From assembly GCA_038064195.1 (NCBI GenBank), contig JBBTTO010000002.1, forward strand, positions 630,615-694,614: a DNA stretch of 64,000 nucleotides, given 5' to 3'. Under the pieces are notes generated by a model. That model did no database searches and was not told the origin of the DNA. It saw only the letters and a program-made list of their open reading frames with translations. How positions within the stretch are numbered: the stretch's first letter is position 1; each line of letters starts with the position of its first letter. Shown in pieces: positions 29,458 through 40,040 of the stretch. Source of the stretch: Patescibacteria group bacterium (GTDB lineage Bacteria > Patescibacteriota > Microgenomatia > Levybacterales > UBA12049). A program made the position numbers and the translations under genes.

Positions 29458-29474
29458 AATCCTGTCCGGCTCAC
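29458..29474. repeat. 17-nt direct repeat of the tRNA-Lys(TTT) 3' end (AATCCTGTCCGGCTCAC); putative att-like islet boundary
   Basis: Identical to 28270..28286, the T-arm 3' half plus acceptor 3' strand. Embedded in a GGACAGGAT…ATCCTGTCC inverted repeat. Confidence 0.6.
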
Positions 29475-30908
29475 TCAAAAAGGCATTTCTTCATCTTCAG
29501 CTATAGGAGCTAAATAGCCATAAACACTTCCTAATATTTGTTCAGAGTTTTCAATATTTCTTGCATACTGTTGAGGCAAATGGATATAACCAATTGCTCC
29601 TTTATGTCTTAGAATCCAGGCGTTATACGCAATTACCTCTTCAATCAATTCAGAGTGACCATAATGATGAAATTCAATTAGTTCTTCGACCATTTTGCGA
29701 AGTTGTATTGGCTGGACACTTCCACGCGAGGCTGTTTGTTGAAGCAACCATGAGGCTTCACGAAAATGCTTAGGACCAAGTGTGGCATGCGCCGTATAAA
29801 GAAGATCTTCTGTATCCAGCATGTTCATCGGGTCAAAGATACGAGCGTAGAGAACTGCTGCACTTTTCTTGCCAAGATGCGCCATTCGCATAAATGAATC
29901 TTTAAATTGTTTAGGAGAAAGAAGTGCCTGTCTATCTGAGGCCTGATAAGCTGGGTAAGCAAAAAATCTAAAACCGATTTCTCCATTTATCACATCCATA
30001 TAATGGCCTTTTTCAGGAAGGTCTGCCGTAAGGCGCTGTGCTTCCCCAAGACTTAGTAGGCCACGGGTGAACCAGCTTGTATATGATGGATCGAGGTTCT
30101 TTCCAACCTCTTCGGCATCTGCCATATATTCATCAGGAGGGTAGTCGCCGAAGGTGCTTAGAAGTTGTATTCCAGGAAAACCCCAGCGAGTTGCATCAAC
30201 TCCAAGACGGTCCAGACTTTCAATAGTTGTCTGCGCTGCTGTTTGGAGGGGAGCATTACTTATTCTGGCGACCTCAGCAGCATGCTGCATGAATGTTCTA
30301 GCCATAGGTAAATTGCTATTTTGGCTCACGCTTGTACTGGCTAGTCTAAAATCATCAATATCTGTGTATTGCAAAACATGGGGGAGATAATAGGCAAAAT
30401 TCTGGGCAAAGGTCTTGCCTCCATGATCCACAGCTTGCTCTACTGAGGTGAAGTACTGATTCGGAGATATGTCTTGAGTAATTACATCAGGATATGATCT
30501 TGCAAATTGGGCTCCAACTTTTCTGCCTAAGTGTTGAAAGGCTCTCTTAGTTAAATCTGTATAGTCTTTTACTCCTAGTAACTCATCGTTTTCATCCCTA
30601 GGCAGTTCAGCCAAGTGCTCGAGAAAACGTTCAACATTGAGCGTACCATGTTGTCTGGCAATATACCCAAGGGCTTCGGTCAGGTTGCTATCCCAAAAAG
30701 ACTCTCCGGAAAAGGAATTAGCATATTCAGCTATACCTTTTAATGCATGACTCTCGTCTATGGGAGTCTTCACCCCTGCCTCACGACGCATTTTATTAGC
30801 GAAGCTTTCTCCAGCTGTTGCAAACAAGATGTCTTCAAACTCGGCTCGCATGCGCAGTATTATACACCCTTTAGTACCTAATACGATTGCTTTCCCGCGT
30901 ATTATCAC
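29475..30908 (-). CDS. hypothetical protein
   Basis: 477 aa with no recognisable motif. Its stop codon abuts the tRNA-Lys repeat. Divergent from uvrA with a ~24-nt spacer, or ~80 nt if it starts at internal M20. Confidence 0.45.
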   Translation of the reverse strand: MIIRGKAIVLGTKGCIILRMRAEFEDILFATAGESFANKMRREAGVKTPIDESHALKGIAEYANSFSGESFWDSNLTEALGYIARQHGTLNVERFLEHLAELPRDENDELLGVKDYTDLTKRAFQHLGRKVGAQFARSYPDVITQDISPNQYFTSVEQAVDHGGKTFAQNFAYYLPHVLQYTDIDDFRLASTSVSQNSNLPMARTFMQHAAEVARISNAPLQTAAQTTIESLDRLGVDATRWGFPGIQLLSTFGDYPPDEYMADAEEVGKNLDPSYTSWFTRGLLSLGEAQRLTADLPEKGHYMDVINGEIGFRFFAYPAYQASDRQALLSPKQFKDSFMRMAHLGKKSAAVLYARIFDPMNMLDTEDLLYTAHATLGPKHFREASWLLQQTASRGSVQPIQLRKMVEELIEFHHYGHSELIEEVIAYNAWILRHKGAIGYIHLPQQYARNIENSEQILGSVYGYLAPIAEDEEMPF

Positions 30909-30932
30909 CTATAATCTTTAATTGCCAATTTT

Positions 30933-33836
30933 ATGGAAAAAATAGTCGTTAAGGGTGCCCGTGAGCACAATTTAAAGAATATCGACATGGAAATCCCTAA
31001 GAACAAGCTCGTTGTTCTGACAGGGCTCTCAGGCAGTGGCAAATCCTCCCTCGCCTTTGACACGATCTATGCCGAGGGTCAGCGCCGCTATGTCGAAAGT
31101 CTCTCCTCATACGCGAGGCAGTTTCTGGGCACGATGAAAAAGCCTGACGTAGATCTCATCGAAGGACTGTCTCCTGCAATTTCAATTGACCAAAAGGCAA
31201 GCTCTCACAATCCCCGTTCAACAGTCGGTACAGTCACCGAAATCTATGACTATATGCGTCTGCTTTTTGCAAGAGTCGGACACCCGCACTGTCCTGCATG
31301 CGGACGTGAGATCGCCCGGCAGTCCAAAGAGCAAATTGTCGAGCATGTCCTTACTATGCGTACCACTCAGGCAGATCCCGGTAAAAAATTCGTTCGCGTG
31401 ATGATCCTTTCCCCACTTGTTAAAGATAGAAAAGGAGAATACACCGAGCTCTTTACTTCACTTAAAAAAAGAGGCTACCGCAAAGTACGTATTGACGGAC
31501 GGGTTGTCTCACTTGATGACAAAGTTGTTCTTATCAAAACCAATCGTCATACAATCGACCTGGTCGTAGACGTACTTACTATTGCCGAGGAGACAGACCG
31601 AGTTAGGCTCGCAACAGACGTCGAGCAGGCACTCCAGTTTGGCAACGGCGAGATGATCGTTGCAGTCATTAAAGATGCCTCATTTGATATCCCGGAGTTC
31701 CCAAAGGAGATGGAAGATCATCTTTATTCTGAAAAATTTGCCTGTCCAGTTGATAACATCTCATTATCTGAAGTAGAACCTAGAATATTCTCTTTTAATA
31801 CGCCACATGGCGCCTGCCCTGAATGTTCGGGAATAGGAACAGTGCTTATCATTGATCAGGATCTGGTTTTTAATAAGAACTTAACAATTAACGAGGGTGG
31901 CATCCTGCCATTTTTTAATCTGGGCAATAATGATACCTGGTTCTCACGAACCTTCAAAACATTTTGTGAAGAAAATAAAATCCCGCTTGATATCAAAATC
32001 GAAAAACTTTCTCAGCAACATAAAGACCTTCTTCTTTTTGGGACAGGGGAGAGGGAATACAAAGTCCGGGGCGAGAACAGATGGGGAAGTCAGACCGCCA
32101 TCAGTGAGTCCTTCAAAGGCGTATCATTTGAACTAAAGCGGCGATATGGTGAGTCTGATTCTGCCTATGTCCGGGGACAAATTGAAAAATTCATGAAATA
32201 CGATCTCTGCCCTCTCTGTCATGGTGCCAGACTCAAGCAGGAGGCACTTTCCGTCACCATCAATGATCGGTCAATTGTCCAGGTGAGTGATATGCCGATA
32301 GGGGAGGCGCTTGACTTTTTTGATAAACTGCCCGCGTTACTTTCACCTCGTGAGCAGGAAATAGGCAAGCTCATTTTGCGTGAAATCAAAACCCGCATTG
32401 GTTTTCTGGTCAATGTCGGGCTGGAGTATCTCACTCTCTCACGTACAGCCGCTACTCTGGCGGGAGGAGAAGCACAGCGCATCAGGCTTGCCTCCCAGAT
32501 AGGCAGCGGCCTTACGGGCGTCCTCTATGTATTGGACGAGCCGTCGATTGGCTTGCACCAAAGAGACAATGAAAAGCTCATTGAAACTCTTAAAAAACTG
32601 CGCGACCTCGGAAATACTGTCTTAGTTGTTGAGCATGATGAGGATACTATGCAGGCTTCAGACTATATCTATGATTTCGGTCCGGGAGCAGGCTCTTTCG
32701 GAGGAAGAATAGTAGCCAAAGGGACATTCGCTGAACTCAAAGCCAATCCTGACTCTCTTACCGGACAGTACTTGTCCAAAAAAAAGGTTATCAGGATCAA
32801 AAAAACTGTCGACCCCTCCCTTGTTAAGAAAGAGCCGCAGTTCGTTAAGCTGCTCGGATCCAGCGAGCACAATCTTAAAAATATAGACGTGACATTTCCT
32901 CTCCACCAGCTGATTGTAGTTACCGGTGTTTCGGGAAGCGGCAAGTCCACACTCATCAATGACATTCTCTTTCATGCTTTGATGCAAAAAGAAAATCCAT
33001 TCCATAGACAAAAACCGGGCAAGTTCAAGGAGCTGGTGGGTTTTGAACATATCAAAAATATTTTCCAGATTGACCAGTCGCCGATCGGCCGCACCTCACG
33101 GAGTAATGCGGCCACGTACACAGGCAGCTTTAATTACATCCGGGAGCTTTTCGCCCAGACAAAAGAGGCTAAAGTCAGAGGTTATGGGCCGGGAAGATTT
33201 TCTTTTAATGTCAAAGGAGGCAGATGTGAAGCATGTGAGGGTGAAGGGCAGATCAAAATTGAGATGCAGTTCCTGCCTGATGTGTATATAACCTGTGAGA
33301 TTTGTCAGGGTAAGCAATACAATAATGAAGCCCTTGAAGTGCTCTTCCAGGGTAAAAACATAGCCGACGTGCTGGATATGAGCGTACAGGAAGCAGTCGA
33401 ATTCTTTTCTTTTATTCCGGGCCTTGCTCATAAATTGCAAACCCTTCAGGATGTAGGCCTCTCCTACGTCACGCTCGGTCAACCGGCGCCTACACTATCA
33501 GGCGGAGAGGCACAGCGTGTAAAATTAGCAACCGAGCTGTCCAAGCGGGGCAAGGATGCTCTCTACCTGCTTGATGAGCCTACTACCGGACTTCATTTTG
33601 CCGATCTGGAAAAACTCTTAGTCGTCCTCAGAAAATTAGTTGATCAGGGTAATTCTGTGATTGTCATCGAGCATAATCTGGACGTTATTAAAAATGCCGA
33701 TTATGTCATCGATCTTGGCCCTGAGGGTGGAGCTAAGGGCGGGGAGGTTGTGGCTGTAGGTACTCCTCAGGAAATCGCCAAAAATCCTGCCTCTCATACC
33801 GGCAGATTTCTCAAAAAAGTATTAACGAGCTCATAA
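30933..33836 (+). CDS. uvrA: excinuclease ABC subunit A
   Basis: 967 aa. Two ABC ATPase modules ([23 protein letters not shown]; [13 protein letters not shown]), LSGGEAQR signature motifs, and zinc-finger CxxC pairs. Confidence 0.95.
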   Translation: MEKIVVKGAREHNLKNIDMEIPKNKLVVLTGLSGSGKSSLAFDTIYAEGQRRYVESLSSYARQFLGTMKKPDVDLIEGLSPAISIDQKASSHNPRSTVGTVTEIYDYMRLLFARVGHPHCPACGREIARQSKEQIVEHVLTMRTTQADPGKKFVRVMILSPLVKDRKGEYTELFTSLKKRGYRKVRIDGRVVSLDDKVVLIKTNRHTIDLVVDVLTIAEETDRVRLATDVEQALQFGNGEMIVAVIKDASFDIPEFPKEMEDHLYSEKFACPVDNISLSEVEPRIFSFNTPHGACPECSGIGTVLIIDQDLVFNKNLTINEGGILPFFNLGNNDTWFSRTFKTFCEENKIPLDIKIEKLSQQHKDLLLFGTGEREYKVRGENRWGSQTAISESFKGVSFELKRRYGESDSAYVRGQIEKFMKYDLCPLCHGARLKQEALSVTINDRSIVQVSDMPIGEALDFFDKLPALLSPREQEIGKLILREIKTRIGFLVNVGLEYLTLSRTAATLAGGEAQRIRLASQIGSGLTGVLYVLDEPSIGLHQRDNEKLIETLKKLRDLGNTVLVVEHDEDTMQASDYIYDFGPGAGSFGGRIVAKGTFAELKANPDSLTGQYLSKKKVIRIKKTVDPSLVKKEPQFVKLLGSSEHNLKNIDVTFPLHQLIVVTGVSGSGKSTLINDILFHALMQKENPFHRQKPGKFKELVGFEHIKNIFQIDQSPIGRTSRSNAATYTGSFNYIRELFAQTKEAKVRGYGPGRFSFNVKGGRCEACEGEGQIKIEMQFLPDVYITCEICQGKQYNNEALEVLFQGKNIADVLDMSVQEAVEFFSFIPGLAHKLQTLQDVGLSYVTLGQPAPTLSGGEAQRVKLATELSKRGKDALYLLDEPTTGLHFADLEKLLVVLRKLVDQGNSVIVIEHNLDVIKNADYVIDLGPEGGAKGGEVVAVGTPQEIAKNPASHTGRFLKKVLTSS

Positions 33837-33853
33837 TCTGCTAAAATAAACCG

Positions 33854-35677
33854 ATGCGTTCTCGTTTTTTCAGTCTTCTTGGGTTTATTTTATTCTTTTT
33901 TACACTATTGACACCCAAGTCCTACGCCTCTAGTTATTTTACCCGTGATTACGCCGTCGTCTATGCAGTGGGTGAGGATAGCCGGACCAAGGTCTCAGTT
34001 ACCGTTACATTGACGAACAAAACAAGCGACTATTACGCCTCAAGTGACACAATCAATGTCGGCTTTGACACACTTGAAGAGCTTACAGCCCGTGATCCCC
34101 AGGGGGCTATCAAGCCGATTGTCACCAAAACCGACTCCGGCAACTCAATTGAACTGCCTTTCAACAAGCATGTGGTAGGTAAAGATAAAGCTCTTGTTTT
34201 TAATGTCAGCTTCTTCTCGCCTGATATCGCCCATCATAGCGGTAAGATCAGGGAGATAAATATCCCGGGAGTTGCAAATCCTGACGACTTTAACCGTTTC
34301 AGCGTTGAAGTCAAAGTTCCTGAGTCATTTGGCAAGCCTAATTTTATAAAGCCTGTGACACCGGACGGGAAATTACTCTTTTCTAAAGAACTCCTCGGCA
34401 AATCGGGAATTTCCGTGGTCTTCGGAGACGAACAGGTCTATGACCTTCGTTTGACCTATCATTTAGGTAATAAAAATCTTTTTCCTATACGAACTGAAGT
34501 CGCCATCCCCCCGACTACTAATTATCAGGAGGCAGCAATAAGCTCAATTGACCCCAAGCCTAAAAATGTGGTGATAGACCAAGACGGTAACTGGCTGGCC
34601 CAGTATGAACTCTCTCCTTCCCAGCAGTTTGATGTCCATGTCACAGAAAAGATACGGGTTCTAAGAACCCCCAAAGAGCAAGAACTGAGTCCTCAAGAGA
34701 TGACTGACGATCTCAAAGACAAACAATTCTGGCAAGTAAGTAATCCCAAAATCAAAGAGCTGGCACAAAAGCTAAAGACTCCTAGGGCAATTTATGAGTA
34801 CGTAGTTAAAAACCTTAAGTATGATTTTAACCGCCTCACCACAGACCAGCCTCGCTTAGGTGCTGTTGGTGCATTGGAACGGAGGAATTCGGCTGTCTGC
34901 TTGGAGTACACCGATCTTTTTATTGCTTTAGCACGTGCCGCCGGAATCCCCTCCAGAGAGGTAAACGGTTTTGCTTATACTCAAAACTCCAAACAGCGTC
35001 CGCTCTCACTGGTGCAGGATATTCTCCATGCCTGGCCTGAGTATTATGATCAGGACCGTAAGACGTGGATCATGGTCGATCCTACCTGGGGAAATACGAC
35101 AGGGGGAACAGATTATTTTAACGTGTTTGATTTCGATCATATCACCTTTATTCAAAAAGGTCAGAATAGTCAATACCCGATCCCGCCCGGTGGCTATAAA
35201 TTCGAGAGCGATCAACATAGTAAAGATATTTCTGTTCAATTCGCGCCTGTTTTCCCGACAAACCTTCCACAAGTTGCAGTGAGTGCAGATTTCCCGGCAG
35301 AAGTTCTATCAGGTTTCTCTTTCAAAGGTAAAGTAAAGGTAACTAATAATGGCTCAGTCCTTTATCCGTCTAATATGGGTGTCATTGAATCAATGACATT
35401 GTACCCCAGGCGTCAGGAGGTGACCATACCTCCTCTTCCGCCCTTCGGGAGTGAGTACCTGACAGTAGGATTTAATAAGACTCCTTTCCTGACCAATAAA
35501 AAATATGATTTTACATTCAATTTGCAAGGTACTATAATCCATAAATCAGTGAAGGTTACGCCGTTTTCTTTTAACCGAAATACGCTGATAGGAGGAGCAT
35601 CAATTGTTATACTCACGATCATCGTATCTTTCTTTGCCGTCAAAGCCTGGGGTTTATTTATATCTCGACAAAAATAA
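33854..35677 (+). CDS. transglutaminase-like (Cys protease fold) domain protein, signal peptide and C-terminal TM
   Basis: Core motif AVCLEYTDLFIALARAAGIPSREVNGFAY…H…DPTWG, the Cys-His-Asp triad context. N-terminal signal and C-terminal hydrophobic helix. Confidence 0.7.
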   Translation: MRSRFFSLLGFILFFFTLLTPKSYASSYFTRDYAVVYAVGEDSRTKVSVTVTLTNKTSDYYASSDTINVGFDTLEELTARDPQGAIKPIVTKTDSGNSIELPFNKHVVGKDKALVFNVSFFSPDIAHHSGKIREINIPGVANPDDFNRFSVEVKVPESFGKPNFIKPVTPDGKLLFSKELLGKSGISVVFGDEQVYDLRLTYHLGNKNLFPIRTEVAIPPTTNYQEAAISSIDPKPKNVVIDQDGNWLAQYELSPSQQFDVHVTEKIRVLRTPKEQELSPQEMTDDLKDKQFWQVSNPKIKELAQKLKTPRAIYEYVVKNLKYDFNRLTTDQPRLGAVGALERRNSAVCLEYTDLFIALARAAGIPSREVNGFAYTQNSKQRPLSLVQDILHAWPEYYDQDRKTWIMVDPTWGNTTGGTDYFNVFDFDHITFIQKGQNSQYPIPPGGYKFESDQHSKDISVQFAPVFPTNLPQVAVSADFPAEVLSGFSFKGKVKVTNNGSVLYPSNMGVIESMTLYPRRQEVTIPPLPPFGSEYLTVGFNKTPFLTNKKYDFTFNLQGTIIHKSVKVTPFSFNRNTLIGGASIVILTIIVSFFAVKAWGLFISRQK

Positions 35678-36995
35678 AACTGTTATCTATGTCGGGAAGG
35701 CCAAAGATCTCAAAGCTCGTGTTTCATCGTATTTCACCTCACCTAAGAGCCTCGGCCCCAAAACCAGTCTACTAGTTAACCAAATACAAAAAATCAAAAC
35801 AGTTATCGTCGAGTCAGAGCTTGAGTCACTCCTTCTGGAAGCATTTTACATCAAAAAATATCGACCCCATTTTAATATCCGTTTGATTGACGACAAGTCA
35901 TACCCCTTAGTAAAAATTGCGATCAAGCAGGATTATCCGGCAGTAATACTTGCAAGAAAGATGGATGACCCCAAAGCTCTCTACTTCGGGCCTTACCCCA
36001 GCGCAGGAAGTGTAAGGCTGGTACTCAAAACCTTACGTAAGGCCTTTCCGTATCAATCAACCAGAAATCACCCGAAGCATATTTGTCTCTACTACCACCT
36101 TGGGCTCTGTCCGTGTCCGCCTGTGTTTGCGGGTCCCAAGCTAAAAAGAACATATCGCAAGAACATCCGGGATATTATCCGGGTTTTGGAAGGGAAGTCC
36201 CACAATGTAGTGAAAGACTTAACTCGCGAGATGGAATTAATGAGTAAAAATGAGCGTTTTGAAGAAGCTGATGCGTTAAAAAAGCGAATTACTGCTCTTA
36301 AAGTCATCACCGAACCCTGGCACAAACCTTTTGAATACGATGTCAATCCTAACCTGCGGTCAGATATACGTTTTCAAGAGCTGGACGGCTTGCGACTTGC
36401 ACTCCTCAACCAGGGCTTACTGATAAAGACACTTAAGCGGATTGAATGTTATGACATCTCAAATATTCAAGGAACAAATGCTACCGGCTCAATGGTAGTC
36501 CTGACGCAAGGTGAAATAGATAAGTCACAATACCGTAAGTTTAAGATTCACCAGAATGGCAAACCTGACGATTTTGCCATGATGCAGGAGATGCTTGAGA
36601 GACGTTTAGGCCATGATGAGTGGCCTTTACCTGACCTGATCATCGCAGACGGAGGGAAAGGGCAGTTGACTTCAGTCCTTGCTGCCATGACAGCAAAAAA
36701 TAAAAGTGTCCCGCTTATTGGCCTGGCTAAGAGAGAGGAGACAATTATCGTTCCGACTACTCAATCATTCTTCGACCGAGCAAAGCGAATGGAGAAGCAA
36801 ATCAACAATGATTCTCGACTTCGCTCGAATAATTATTCTAAACTCTACGGAGGAAATGAAGATCACTTTATTGAACTTTCACTTGCCAAAGACTCACCTT
36901 CACTTCATCTCATTCAACGAATTCGAAATGAAGCTCATCGCTTTGCCATAACGTACCACCGTAAATTGAGAAGCAAATCCGCGATCAGAAATTAG
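35604..36995 (+). CDS. uvrC: excinuclease ABC subunit C (short form, no C-terminal HhH)
   Basis: TTG start preceded by GGAGGAG. GIY-YIG domain (PGVYLYLDKNKTVIYVGKAKDLKARVSSYF), Cys cluster, UvrB-interaction region, the DGGKGQL motif and RNEAHRFAITYHR. Ends right after that motif. Overlaps the 3' 74 nt of the upstream gene. Confidence 0.8.
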   Translation: MLYSRSSYLSLPSKPGVYLYLDKNKTVIYVGKAKDLKARVSSYFTSPKSLGPKTSLLVNQIQKIKTVIVESELESLLLEAFYIKKYRPHFNIRLIDDKSYPLVKIAIKQDYPAVILARKMDDPKALYFGPYPSAGSVRLVLKTLRKAFPYQSTRNHPKHICLYYHLGLCPCPPVFAGPKLKRTYRKNIRDIIRVLEGKSHNVVKDLTREMELMSKNERFEEADALKKRITALKVITEPWHKPFEYDVNPNLRSDIRFQELDGLRLALLNQGLLIKTLKRIECYDISNIQGTNATGSMVVLTQGEIDKSQYRKFKIHQNGKPDDFAMMQEMLERRLGHDEWPLPDLIIADGGKGQLTSVLAAMTAKNKSVPLIGLAKREETIIVPTTQSFFDRAKRMEKQINNDSRLRSNNYSKLYGGNEDHFIELSLAKDSPSLHLIQRIRNEAHRFAITYHRKLRSKSAIRN

Positions 36996-38356
36996 CGTCG
37001 CTTCAAGGTGTAGGTATAGGGAAAATAGAGAAATGACGCGGGCGTGTCAATAACAGCATCATCCAAAAGATATTTTTGAAAATCATCATAGATCCTTTTT
37101 CTCTCTTTAACCGCGACTGTTTTGCGACCATCCTCAAGCAGTTTATCTATGCGGAGGCTTCTGAATTTAGTGATATTACTCTCCTGGTCTGAATGCCAAA
37201 GCATGTACTGATCGGGATCTTTCGGCACCGTAAAGTCTCCGAGGTAGACCTGGAACACGGTTGGCTTGACATCTACATCCGTAATTTTTACTTTCACACC
37301 GAGGCCCTCCCAGATTTTGGCAATCGATGCAGCTACGACGTGGTATTTAGTCAGTGTTGTTATAATTAACTCGGGCCTGGCTGATTCAGAAGCATTAAGA
37401 TAGACAGCGTCAAGCAGTAGCTTCGCGTGCGCCAAATCCTGTGAACGAACAGCTGCTTCTTTACTGAAATAAATTGATCGGGGAGGATAGGGAAGGTGGG
37501 CTCTTTCTCCTTGGGAAAAAGAATCGGGCAGACTATAGCTAAGCGCTTTTCGCAACTTGTTGTCTGATATTACCTGATCTTTTGTATTATAAAAAAGTGT
37601 CACCAGTTGATCATAATTTGTTTGCCTTGAGACAGCAACGTTTTTATGAGTGGCAATATCTGTATTATTTGCTTTGGTGTTGATAATATCATCAATCTCA
37701 GTTGCCTCACCAAGGAGAAAAGCTGTCTTAAGAGCTTCCTGATTAGGATAAAAGACGTAGACGACCTGGTGCTTATCAGCTGTATGACTGAGAGTAAGTG
37801 AAGAAATGAAGTCACCGTTGATTTTGATGTCTGTTATGGTGTATTCTCCCAGTCCCTGGAGGCCTCGCGGGAAAATCGGGCGTGAGATAGTAACTAAGAA
37901 AGGCGCGTACTCATCATGAAGATGAAAAATTATAGTATATTTATCGGGTCTCTCGATCTTAACATCTTTAAAAACATACCCCAGGGTCTTTGAAGTAACT
38001 TCAGTTCCGTTACTGAAGCGAATTCCTCTCTTAATTTTGAAGACATAGGTTTTGCCGCTATCTCTAATTTGCCAGGACTCGGCCAAATCAGGCTTAATCT
38101 CTCCACTGGGAGAAAGTTTTGTTAACCCGCGGGATAATTTTTGCGTAATACGATCCGGTAATTTATCGAGTGAATAAGCTCCGACCATCCCCACCCGTTC
38201 TTTTTGAGGAAAAAGATGAACGAGGTAAGAAGAGAAAAAAATAAGAAAGAAAAAGCCTATGAGACCTCCGAGGAATGAGAGAGCTAAAATTCGCCCCCAT
38301 TTTTTGATATAGGCTTTGATAAGCCAGAGAAAGAGACGTTTGTTGATAACCAGCAT
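36992..38356 (-). CDS. ABC transporter substrate-binding protein, family 5-like (peptide/nickel type), N-terminal TM anchor
   Basis: 454 aa. SBP_bac_5-like segment …KLSPSGEIKPDLAESWQIRDSGKTYVFKIKRGIRFSNGTEVTS…. Confidence 0.6.
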   Translation of the reverse strand: MLVINKRLFLWLIKAYIKKWGRILALSFLGGLIGFFFLIFFSSYLVHLFPQKERVGMVGAYSLDKLPDRITQKLSRGLTKLSPSGEIKPDLAESWQIRDSGKTYVFKIKRGIRFSNGTEVTSKTLGYVFKDVKIERPDKYTIIFHLHDEYAPFLVTISRPIFPRGLQGLGEYTITDIKINGDFISSLTLSHTADKHQVVYVFYPNQEALKTAFLLGEATEIDDIINTKANNTDIATHKNVAVSRQTNYDQLVTLFYNTKDQVISDNKLRKALSYSLPDSFSQGERAHLPYPPRSIYFSKEAAVRSQDLAHAKLLLDAVYLNASESARPELIITTLTKYHVVAASIAKIWEGLGVKVKITDVDVKPTVFQVYLGDFTVPKDPDQYMLWHSDQESNITKFRSLRIDKLLEDGRKTVAVKERKRIYDDFQKYLLDDAVIDTPASFLYFPYTYTLKRR

Positions 38357-38362
38357 ATACTC

Positions 38363-38575
38363 TTAATGAGGGAGAAGAAGTAAAACCGAAACAGCAACCA
38401 GCAAAAAAGCCAGGATAGCTGTCGCAAAGAAAAGGAATTTTTCGATATTTCGTTTGCTCCGGTACATTTCTCCTCCTCCACCAAAAACCGGAGAGATGCC
38501 ACCGCCTTGTGTTTGCAGAAGAACACAGGCAATAAGAAGGACAGACAAGATAATCTGGATTATATTAAAAATCAT
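38363..38575 (-). CDS. secG: preprotein translocase subunit SecG
   Basis: 70 aa. LLQTQGGGISPVFGGGG motif flanked by two TM helices. Confidence 0.75.
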   Translation of the reverse strand: MIFNIIQIILSVLLIACVLLQTQGGGISPVFGGGGEMYRSKRNIEKFLFFATAILAFLLVAVSVLLLLPH

Positions 38576-38584
38576 AGACTCCTA

Positions 38585-39544
38585 TTATACGGCTTTTAAG
38601 ACAGCTTCTGCAAGCTTTGCGCTGTCGTGATAAAGCGGGAAAGATTCTTTAACAATATCTGCCTCAATTATAGAAATGTCATGACGCTTGGCCTGATCGC
38701 TAAAGTCATTTTTGATGTAAGTATAGTTATAATTCTCAGGGATAGGGATTAAGTGATTGTTGTTAGCAATAATGGTATTAAAAGGAAATGAACCTAAGTG
38801 GTCCTCAAAAGCTTTGACAAAGTTACTGATCCGGAAGTCACGGGTTTCAAACGGTTTGTTGGCGATATTGGCGACAAAGATTTTATGAGCGTTGCTCTGT
38901 AATACCGCCTGACCTATCTCAGGCACAACAATTACGGGTAATTGATTGGTGTATAGATCTCCGGGACCGCTAATGATCATATCTGCCTCGATAATGCTTT
39001 TAACAACAGCCGGATTGACCTGAGGATGACCGGGTGTAAGATAGATTTTCTTGAGACCATATGGTTCACTATACTTTGCTAAGTCAAGCGTTGTCTCGGT
39101 ATGCACACGCCTGCCGTCCTGTGTTATAGCCGAAAGCCTCACGTGCTCGTCGGTAGCGGGGTAAAAATCAGCCGTTACCCCAAACATTCTTTTGGTCACC
39201 TCGATTGCTTTGTAGAAGTTACCCGTTCGTTGAATCTCGGCCAGCATGACAAGGTTACCCAGCTTGTGTCCGTCAATTGCCTTATTTGACTGACTATTTC
39301 CGGGGAAGCGGTATAACAAAAGCGACTCGAGTTCTTTTTCCTCATCAGGTATCATCGCGGCAATACAGCTCACAATGTCACCGGGGGGCATGATGTTATA
39401 CGCTTTACGCAGTCTTCCTGATGATCCCCCGTCATCAGCCATAGAAGTCACCACACTCAGATCGAGCGGATATTTTTTCAAACCGCGAAGGAGCATACTG
39501 GTACCTATTCCTCCACCGAGACAAACTATTTTTTTATTAGCCAC
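38585..39544 (-). CDS. gluconeogenesis factor YvcK / CofD-like (UPF0052)
   Basis: IVCLGGGIGTSMLLRGLKKY…VVTSMADDGGSSGRLR…, the family signature. Confidence 0.8.
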   Translation of the reverse strand: MANKKIVCLGGGIGTSMLLRGLKKYPLDLSVVTSMADDGGSSGRLRKAYNIMPPGDIVSCIAAMIPDEEKELESLLLYRFPGNSQSNKAIDGHKLGNLVMLAEIQRTGNFYKAIEVTKRMFGVTADFYPATDEHVRLSAITQDGRRVHTETTLDLAKYSEPYGLKKIYLTPGHPQVNPAVVKSIIEADMIISGPGDLYTNQLPVIVVPEIGQAVLQSNAHKIFVANIANKPFETRDFRISNFVKAFEDHLGSFPFNTIIANNNHLIPIPENYNYTYIKNDFSDQAKRHDISIIEADIVKESFPLYHDSAKLAEAVLKAV

Positions 39545-39551
39545 ATTTTTA

Positions 39552-39953
39552 TTATTCTATAAGCCATTTGATAGCAGTTACGATAAGTGAAAGCATAAAT
39601 GACGCTGCCAGAAAAGCAAAAAGGGTGTTAAATGTAAATGATGGAACTACAAATCCGAATACATTAACACCTGAGAACCTATAATGATGGATGATTATAC
39701 CATTTACAAAAATCGTCAGCAAATAGAGGATAAGGGCGTTGGTAAAAATTGAGAAAAAACCGAGAGTGATCAAGTTAAAAGGAAAGCTGATAACGTTTAA
39801 AACAGGTTTGATAACAGTCATCATAATGGAGAGCATAATTCCTCCAAAAATAAATGTCCAAACTCCCCCCGTGATCTCAACACCTGCAATGAGATGAGGC
39901 AGGACAAAAAGTGCGCCACTATAAAGAGCAATGTTGCGAAGGAGTGTCTTCAT
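39552..39953 (-). CDS. DUF360 / phage-holin-4-like small membrane protein
   Basis: Internal ATG at 39953 (MKTLLRNIALYSGALFVLPHLIAGVEITGGVWTFIFGGIMLSIMMTVIKPVLNVISFPFNLITLGFFSIF…). The 5' extension of track ORF 39552..40232 is antisense to the K/E-rich gene and reads as poly-Phe, so is rejected. Confidence 0.55.
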   Translation of the reverse strand: MKTLLRNIALYSGALFVLPHLIAGVEITGGVWTFIFGGIMLSIMMTVIKPVLNVISFPFNLITLGFFSIFTNALILYLLTIFVNGIIIHHYRFSGVNVFGFVVPSFTFNTLFAFLAASFMLSLIVTAIKWLIE

Positions 39954-40040
39954 CTGAACAAAATCGTACCAGACCGGCTGAAGAGGTGTCAAACCAGTCT
40001 TGCAAAGAACGTGTAGAGAAGCTATTATGAGGTACCTTTT

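Noticed and set aside
30852-30932. AGTACCTAATACGA upstream of uvrA as a LexA box
   Set aside because: Only one TnGTAC half-site aligns with the lexA2 palindrome; the second arm does not match. Left untested rather than called.
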